The position numbers were made by a program, and so were the translations under genes. The notes under the pieces were generated by a model. That model saw only the letters and a list, made by a program, of their open reading frames with translations. It had not been told where the DNA came from and ran no database searches. This document shows positions 26,119 to 32,000 of a stretch of DNA of 32,000 nt, piece after piece. Source of the stretch: an archaeon. Its GTDB lineage: Archaea > Iainarchaeota > Iainarchaeia > Iainarchaeales > JANQMZ01. How positions within the stretch are numbered: the stretch's first letter is position 1; the number at the start of each line of letters is the position of its first letter. The stretch spans positions 210,001-242,000 of the forward strand of contig JANQMZ010000007.1 of NCBI GenBank assembly GCA_028279805.1, in the 5' to 3' direction.

Positions 26119-27879
26119 TTATCCTCCAATTAAACCATTAACCTCTTTTTCAATTTTTTCAGAAATTTCACTGATTTTTTTGTTAAAATTTTTTTCTTCA
26201 ATTAATCTTGCTTTAACAAGCTCGTTTTTACTTTCAATGTTTGTAACAGCTTCGACACTGACACCTTTATCTACAGCATTTTCCGCCAAATCTCCAAATG
26301 AAATAATTGCTTTTAACAATCCGGATTGTTTTTTTAAAGAACAAAAAGAATCAATTTCATGAAAAGCATTCTGCTGCAAAAAAGCTTCCCTGATAATTCT
26401 TGCAATTTCCAATGTTAACCTTTCTTTTTCCGGTAAAGAATCAGAACCAACAAGCTGAACAATTTCCTGCAGTTCGTCTTCTTTTTGCAGAATATTCATT
26501 GCCTTTGTTCTTAAATAAATTGAATCCTTTGAAACATTGTCAACATACCATTGCTTTAACGGCTCATTATACAAAGAATAAGAATTCAGCCAGTTAATTG
26601 CCGGAAAATGCCTTCTGTGAGCCAATTTTGCGTCCAATGCCCAGAAAACTTTTGTAATTTTTAACGTATTTTGGGTTACAGGTTCAGAAAAATCTCCGCC
26701 TGGCGGGGACACAGCACCTATTGCTGTAACCGAACCAATTCTTTTTTTGTCAGAGCCTAAACAGCTTACCCGGCCGGCCCTTTCATAAAATTCAGCCAGT
26801 CTTGCAGCAAGATATGCAGGATAACCTTCTTCACCCGGCATTTCCTCCAGTCTTGATGAAATTTCTCTCATTGCTTCAGCCCATCTTGAAGTTGAATCCG
26901 CCATCAATGAAACATCATAACCCTGGTCTCGAAAATATTCTGCAATTGTCATTCCGGTATAAATTGAAGCTTCTCTTGCAGCCACCGGCATGTTGGATGT
27001 GTTTGCAATTAAAACAGTTCTTTCCATTAACGGCCTGCCGGTTTTAACATCCTGCAATTCCGGAAATTCTGTTAAAACTTCCGTCATTTCGTTTCCTCTT
27101 TCACCACAGCCGATATAAACAACGATTTCAGCATCAGACCATTTGGCTAACTGTTGTTGTGTAACCGTTTTTCCGGAACCGAACGGTCCTGGAATGCTTC
27201 CTGTTCCACCTTTTGCAATCGGAAAAAAAGTATCCTGCAGTCTTTGTCCTGTGATTAAAGGAATTTCAGGAAACAGTTTTTCTTTTGAAGGCCTTGGCCT
27301 TCTTACAGGCCAGTAATGGCCCAGATATAATTTTTCACCGTTGTCTAATTCGCCAATTGTTTCTTTTACGGTAAAAGAACCTGATTTAATTTTTTTAATT
27401 TTGTGTGAAACTTTTCCGGTAATTGTAGGCGGAATCATTATTTTGTGAACAATGTTTTCTGTTTCCTTAACAGTGCCAATCACATCCCCGCCTGAAACTT
27501 TGTCACCTTTTTTTACTGTTGCATTAAATTTCCACTTTTTTTTAACATCCAAGCCGGGAACATCTGCTCCTCTTAAAATAAAATTTCCCATTTGTTTTAC
27601 AAGAACAGGCAAAGGCCTCTGAATTCCGTCATAAATCTGTCCAAGCATTCCCGGTCCCAGAAAAATTGACAAAGGTTTTCCTGTGTTTGAAACTTTTTCT
27701 CCCGGTTTTAATCCGGTTGTTTCCTCATAAACCTGAATTGTAACTTTGTCGCCGGAAATCTGAATAACCTCACCCATTAATTCTTCTTCACCGACTTTAA
27801 CCAAGTCATACATTCTTGCTTTCAGTCCCTGTGCAACAACAACAGGTCCGGAAATTCTGTAAATTTTTGCTACTTCCAT
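26119..27879 (-). CDS. atpA: A/V-type ATP synthase catalytic subunit A
   Basis: P-loop [69 protein letters not shown]. Confidence 0.98.
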   Translation of the reverse strand: MEVAKIYRISGPVVVAQGLKARMYDLVKVGEEELMGEVIQISGDKVTIQVYEETTGLKPGEKVSNTGKPLSIFLGPGMLGQIYDGIQRPLPVLVKQMGNFILRGADVPGLDVKKKWKFNATVKKGDKVSGGDVIGTVKETENIVHKIMIPPTITGKVSHKIKKIKSGSFTVKETIGELDNGEKLYLGHYWPVRRPRPSKEKLFPEIPLITGQRLQDTFFPIAKGGTGSIPGPFGSGKTVTQQQLAKWSDAEIVVYIGCGERGNEMTEVLTEFPELQDVKTGRPLMERTVLIANTSNMPVAAREASIYTGMTIAEYFRDQGYDVSLMADSTSRWAEAMREISSRLEEMPGEEGYPAYLAARLAEFYERAGRVSCLGSDKKRIGSVTAIGAVSPPGGDFSEPVTQNTLKITKVFWALDAKLAHRRHFPAINWLNSYSLYNEPLKQWYVDNVSKDSIYLRTKAMNILQKEDELQEIVQLVGSDSLPEKERLTLEIARIIREAFLQQNAFHEIDSFCSLKKQSGLLKAIISFGDLAENAVDKGVSVEAVTNIESKNELVKARLIEEKNFNKKISEISEKIEKEVNGLIGG

Positions 27880-28169
27880 AAGTCCACCCCAACATTTTGT
27901 TTAATCATTTCACGCAGGCTTACTTCCTGCCCGGTTTCAGATAATGTCACTATAACCGGTGTAACAGCCTTTTCAAGCCTTTTTTTTGTGTTAAAAGATA
28001 ATGCCTGAAAATCTTTTTCCTCCATTACCAGCACACCAAAATCCTGGTTGCCGATTAGCCTGTTTACTTTTTCATCAATCTCTTTGTCTGTTACAACAAA
28101 AGAATGTTTTAAACCTGCCAACTGAAAGCCTGTTACAAAATCATCAGAACCAATTATTGCCATTTCCAT
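27870..28169 (-). CDS. atpF: A/V-type ATP synthase subunit F
   Basis: 99 aa; [24 protein letters not shown]; correct operon position. Confidence 0.9.
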   Translation of the reverse strand: MEMAIIGSDDFVTGFQLAGLKHSFVVTDKEIDEKVNRLIGNQDFGVLVMEEKDFQALSFNTKKRLEKAVTPVIVTLSETGQEVSLREMIKQNVGVDLWK

Positions 28170-29120
28170 TCAAATCACCAAATGCTGTTCTATTATTTCA
28201 GAATCAATATTGTTATGTTTTCCTCTTATAATCAAACGCAAATTCCTCACTTCATTTTCTTTTGCCAAAAAATAACCCAAAACAGGTGCAAAAGTTCTTT
28301 TAAAAATATGAACTTTTCTTATAGCAGTTTTGAGCAATTTTTTTCTTAAACTTAACGGGTTTTCAGGTTCTGATTCTTTTGACTTAATCTTTTTTTTATT
28401 GTTGTCAAATCCTTTAATTAAATATTTTTCAATTTCTTCATCTTCAAATCCTTCATTTTTTGCCCTTATTTTATTCAACTGGTTTAAAATTTTGACTTCA
28501 TCCGACATGTATTTTTTTAATTCGGGCTGGCTTTCCTGAACAACAAACTCGTAATAATATTTATCCAGTTCATCTTCCAGAACTCCCAGATTTTCCTGAT
28601 TGCTTCTTAAAATTTCATAATAAGGTTCGTTTTTAAGCATTAGAACAGCTTCATCAAAATCTGAAGCATTTTCAACAATGTTTTCAAAAAATTGTTTTAA
28701 ATGTTCATCAAAAACAATCAGGTTGTTTAAAATTTCACTTTTTGATGTTTTTGTCAGTTTTCCTCTTAAAATTGTTTTAACATTAAAAATTTCCCATTTT
28801 TTTAAATATAATCCAATCTGGTGTCTGGCGTTTTTCATTGAAAAGCTGTAAATTTTTTTAAACGTATTTTCAAGATTTTTATTCAATCCGTATTCAATTA
28901 AAACAACGCCTGAATATTTTAAAGCCAGTTCACTTATTTCTTTTCTGTAAGTTGTTTCACCCAAATATCTTGTAAGTTCATTTACACTCATTTTCAAAAG
29001 TTTTTGGTAATCATTTTCTGTTAAAAGTTCATGTTTCATCGCCCTTACTCTTGTATTGGTGTAAGCAAAACCTCTTCTGTTTTCAGAAAGATTATTCAAA
29101 TAAATTTTTTGCAAGTTCAT
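28170..29120 (-). CDS. atpC: A/V-type ATP synthase subunit C
   Basis: FAYTNTRVRAMKHELLTENDYQKLLKMSVNELTRYLGETTY; likely start MNLQKIYLNN at 29120. Confidence 0.9.
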   Translation of the reverse strand: MNLQKIYLNNLSENRRGFAYTNTRVRAMKHELLTENDYQKLLKMSVNELTRYLGETTYRKEISELALKYSGVVLIEYGLNKNLENTFKKIYSFSMKNARHQIGLYLKKWEIFNVKTILRGKLTKTSKSEILNNLIVFDEHLKQFFENIVENASDFDEAVLMLKNEPYYEILRSNQENLGVLEDELDKYYYEFVVQESQPELKKYMSDEVKILNQLNKIRAKNEGFEDEEIEKYLIKGFDNNKKKIKSKESEPENPLSLRKKLLKTAIRKVHIFKRTFAPVLGYFLAKENEVRNLRLIIRGKHNNIDSEIIEQHLVI

Positions 29121-29655
29121 TAAAATTTTCCTCTTTAATTCTTTCAAGAATTATTTCAAAAGTTTGGTCAACACGAATTGTTTTGTCCGCATTTTCCAGA
29201 ATCACGCCTCCAAGGCATTCAATTTCACCTGAAAAAGACAATTCAGGAAAAGCTTTCATGACAAACTTTTTATCCTCTTTATTGGAATAAAAAAATTTAG
29301 CATCAGGAAGCTCGTTTAAACCTATTTTAACAGTATTTTCAAGCACTTTTTCTTTTTGTTTTTTTGGCATTTTTTTGATTTTGTCAAAGGTTTTTTCCAT
29401 GATATCCCGTACAACATCTCTTTTGAATTTCATTGACTTTTTTTTAATCAAAATTTCAGTTGCAGAAATTTCTTTCCTGTCAAATTCCTGTGCAAATTCA
29501 AGCGTTTTTTTCTTTGTTTTTGCATGAAGTTTGTCTGCTTTTTTCCGCGCTTCTTTTTCAAGCGAAGACGCTTCCTGTTGCGCTTGTGAAACTATGCGTT
29601 TCTCTTCTTCATGCGCTTGTGACAGTATGCCATCCAATACTTTTTTGAGAGTCAT
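29092..29655 (-). CDS. atpE: A/V-type ATP synthase subunit E
   Basis: Charged helical N-terminus and GGVILENADKTIRVDQTFEIILERIKEE C-terminal signature. Confidence 0.92.
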   Translation of the reverse strand: MTLKKVLDGILSQAHEEEKRIVSQAQQEASSLEKEARKKADKLHAKTKKKTLEFAQEFDRKEISATEILIKKKSMKFKRDVVRDIMEKTFDKIKKMPKKQKEKVLENTVKIGLNELPDAKFFYSNKEDKKFVMKAFPELSFSGEIECLGGVILENADKTIRVDQTFEIILERIKEENFNELAKNLFE

Positions 29656-29684
29656 TTTTTCTCCTTAAAAAACTTTTTCAATTT

Positions 29685-29912
29685 TTAACCGGCTAATCCG
29701 ATTATCAGAATGCTTGTAACAAGTCCAAAAATGACAATTGTTTCAGGTATAACCATTAGAATCAATGAAGGAACAAAAAGTTTTTCATTTTCAGCTAATG
29801 CTCCCAAAGCAGCTGTGCCTATTTCAGTTTCTGCTTTTGCCGCAGAATACGCGGATATTCCGATTGCAAAAGCCGCTGCAAATGCAACCATTCCCAATTC
29901 AAGTTCTACCAT
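29685..29912 (-). CDS. atpK: A/V-type ATP synthase proteolipid subunit K (c ring), 75 aa
   Basis: Two TM hairpin with conserved carboxylate in VIPETIVIFGLVTSILI. Confidence 0.93.
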   Translation of the reverse strand: MVELELGMVAFAAAFAIGISAYSAAKAETEIGTAALGALAENEKLFVPSLILMVIPETIVIFGLVTSILIIGLAG

Positions 29913-29972
29913 CTTTTAATCTCCTCCTGTTTTTTTTACCATATTAAAAGTTAGGTAAGTATAATTTTTTAT

Positions 29973-31766
29973 TTAATCCCCTCTTTTCCACCCGAAAGGC
30001 ATATATCTTATGCCATTTCCTTTGTAAAATTTTGTAAAAAATTCAACATAATGCAATCTCATGCTCTGAATAAATGAGCCCATTACTCCGAGCCACAAAT
30101 TTATTGCATGCCCCAACAAAATTACTATTAAGCCTATAATAAAACCTGTAATACCGTTCCAGATATGCTGTCCTGCCAGATTATTTATAATTAAGGCAAG
30201 CTGCACTGAAGATAATCCTATTCCAAAAAGTCTTGCATATGAAATAATGTGTCCTACTGCTGACGGAATTTCAATTATTCCTGCAAACCCTTCCCCTTTA
30301 ACCATTAAAACCAATGCGATTAGTGAAATTATCCCGCCTGAAATTAATCCAAAGCTGATCATTCCAAAGTTTTCCAAAATAACAAGCGCAACTCCTAACT
30401 CCAGCAAAATCCATGAAATTCCTTCCTCAATCGCCCCCATCAAACCATGTTTTGCAAAACCGTTTACAGCCTTTAAAACAAAACCAAGGTTTATGTGTAA
30501 TACGCCCACCAGCACTGAAATTAAAAGCATTTGAGTAATTCCATGAACCCTGTTAATCAAAGGATTGTGAACAAACTCTACTCCAAAAAATTCTGCAAAA
30601 ACAAATCCAAAAAATATTGTTGAAATGCTTGAAAGCAAAAGAATTGTCAAAAGATTTTTCAGCTGTTTTCCTGGCTTTAAAAGCCTTAAACCGGTGTAAG
30701 ATATCAAAAAAACAAGCAAGCCGTAACCCACGTCTCCAAGCATAAAACCGAAAAATAAAGGAAAAGTTATTGAAAACAAAACGGTGGGATCTAATTCATA
30801 ATATTTTGGCAAAGAATACAAGTCCAGAAACAGTTCAAAAGCATTTGTTGGTTTAGGATTTTCAAGCTTTGTAGGAGCTTTTTCCCCGGCGTCAAATTTT
30901 TCAATATGAATTCTTTTTTTTGCAGCCAGACTTAAAGAATTTTCAAATTTTTGCAAGCTTTCAGCAGGAATCCAGCCGTTTACAAAAAAAGAACGCATGG
31001 ATGAAGCAAACTGAAGAGGCGCTTCAGCTTTTTCATTTAACTGTGTTAAAGCCTGTTCAAATGAATTGATAAAAAGTTTATGTTTTTTTTTAATTGCCCT
31101 TAATTCTTTTCTTTTAAGCCTTATTTTTTTTCTGACGCTTGCCAGCATTGATTCAAGTTCTTTTTTTGATTCGTCAAACTTGATTTCAGATTCAGCAAAA
31201 CCATGTGACAATAAAATTTTTCTGGTTTTCTCTTCCTCTGAAAGAGGAACAACAAGAATGAAAGCATTAGCTGTTTCCTCATTGTTTCCCATTAAATAAT
31301 ATGACTTGACTTCATTTTTCAGTTCAGGTTCGAAATCTGACTGGCAAACTCCCTTAAACAGTTTAACATTTGAATAACCTTTAAGCAAAAAAGGCTTAAC
31401 ATTAAGATTCAAAACAGGTTCTTCAAGTTTTCTTTTAATTGCCTCTCTTTCCTTCCTTAATCCAGTTAATTCAGAGTTTAGAAATTTAACTTCCTCAAAA
31501 ATTTTGACAAATCTTGCATTAGCCTGTGAAATGTTTTCAATTTTTTTAATTTTTTTGCTTTTCCTGATTTTTAACAAGTCAATAACAGAACGCAGTTCAA
31601 CCAAAGTCTTTGAATATTCTGAAGCTTCATCAAAAGAATTGCCTGAATTAAAAAAATCATTTTCTTTTTTTTTGAAAGGATTCACATGCAAAAGATTTAA
31701 GTCATACAATGAGCCTATAATTTCCTTCATCAAATTTTTAGGGCCGGAAATTCTGACCTTAACCAT
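29973..31766 (-). CDS. atpI: A/V-type ATP synthase subunit I
   Basis: N-terminal cytosolic domain and C-terminal TM domain with GFMLGDVGYGL, SYARLFGIGLSSVQLALIIN, LGHAINLWLGVMGSFIQSMRLHYVEFFTKFY. Likely start MVKVRISG at 31766. Confidence 0.93.
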   Translation of the reverse strand: MVKVRISGPKNLMKEIIGSLYDLNLLHVNPFKKKENDFFNSGNSFDEASEYSKTLVELRSVIDLLKIRKSKKIKKIENISQANARFVKIFEEVKFLNSELTGLRKEREAIKRKLEEPVLNLNVKPFLLKGYSNVKLFKGVCQSDFEPELKNEVKSYYLMGNNEETANAFILVVPLSEEEKTRKILLSHGFAESEIKFDESKKELESMLASVRKKIRLKRKELRAIKKKHKLFINSFEQALTQLNEKAEAPLQFASSMRSFFVNGWIPAESLQKFENSLSLAAKKRIHIEKFDAGEKAPTKLENPKPTNAFELFLDLYSLPKYYELDPTVLFSITFPLFFGFMLGDVGYGLLVFLISYTGLRLLKPGKQLKNLLTILLLSSISTIFFGFVFAEFFGVEFVHNPLINRVHGITQMLLISVLVGVLHINLGFVLKAVNGFAKHGLMGAIEEGISWILLELGVALVILENFGMISFGLISGGIISLIALVLMVKGEGFAGIIEIPSAVGHIISYARLFGIGLSSVQLALIINNLAGQHIWNGITGFIIGLIVILLGHAINLWLGVMGSFIQSMRLHYVEFFTKFYKGNGIRYMPFGWKRGD

Positions 31767-31770
31767 TTCT

Positions 31771-32000
31771 TCAGCGTGAAACACTTTTCAATTCCTCTAA
31801 AAATTTTTTAAAAATAAAATTAACCTGTTTTGAAGTTTTTGGAATTACCTTTTTCTTCAAAGAATTCAACTTTTTTTCAGCTTTTACCTTAATTTCTTTT
31901 TTCTTTTTTTCAATTTTTTTCTCTTCCTGTGAAAAAATTTTTTCACGGAATTTAGCATCATTTTTTTCAGCATTAATTCCGACCTGAAGAGCTGATTTTT
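31771..32000 (-). CDS. atpH: A/V-type ATP synthase subunit H-like, partial
   Basis: Reverse translation KSALQVGINAEKNDAKFREKIFSQEEKKIEKKKKEIKVKAEKKLNSLKKKVIPKTSKQVNFIFKKFLEELKSVSR*, immediately upstream of subunit I. Coiled-coil composition. Confidence 0.6.
   Translation of the reverse strand, partial: KSALQVGINAEKNDAKFREKIFSQEEKKIEKKKKEIKVKAEKKLNSLKKKVIPKTSKQVNFIFKKFLEELKSVSR

Noticed and set aside
13945-27047. Numerous 60-150 aa ORFs opposite to or overlapping alaS, leuS, relA-like, argS and atp genes
   Set aside because: Low-complexity antisense or out-of-frame ORFs expected in this A/T-rich coding sequence. None shows family motifs.
1-32000. CRISPR array, transposase, integrase, toxin-antitoxin or defence cassette
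   Set aside because: I looked for regularly spaced direct repeats, terminal inverted repeats and the relevant protein motifs on both strands and saw none.

Overview
This 32-kb window looks like core chromosome of an archaeon, possibly DPANN-like. It carries an rRNA operon (16S, tRNA-Ala(TGC), 23S), tRNA-Glu(TTC), RNase P RNA, alaS, leuS, argS, dph6 and most of an A/V-type ATP synthase operon (H partial, then I-K-E-C-F-A-B-D). It also has two UbiA-family prenyltransferases, a HEAT-repeat protein, a Nudix-like protein and several small membrane or exported proteins. I found no CRISPR array, transposon, phage or defence island, and I do not claim a new multi-gene system. The most interesting points are: (1) 23S and 16S functional-centre positions that differ from near-universal consensus, including an apparent compensatory G1405-C1496 to A1405-U1496 swap in the decoding site; (2) a full-length RelA/SpoT-like protein, rare in archaea, with intact hydrolase motifs and a degenerate synthetase domain; (3) a two-hairpin module with a conserved loop and compensatory stem changes directly upstream of both tRNA genes; (4) bulge-helix-bulge motifs reconstructable across both the 16S and the 23S; (5) two ribosomal-protein-like small genes absent from the ORF track, eL40 with a TTG start and an eL41-like gene; (6) three CGTTAA repeats at exact 10-bp spacing upstream of a small membrane protein gene; (7) a Tyr/His-rich exported protein and a His/Asp/Glu-rich membrane-tail protein. 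All family calls rest on motif recognition by eye, with no database search.
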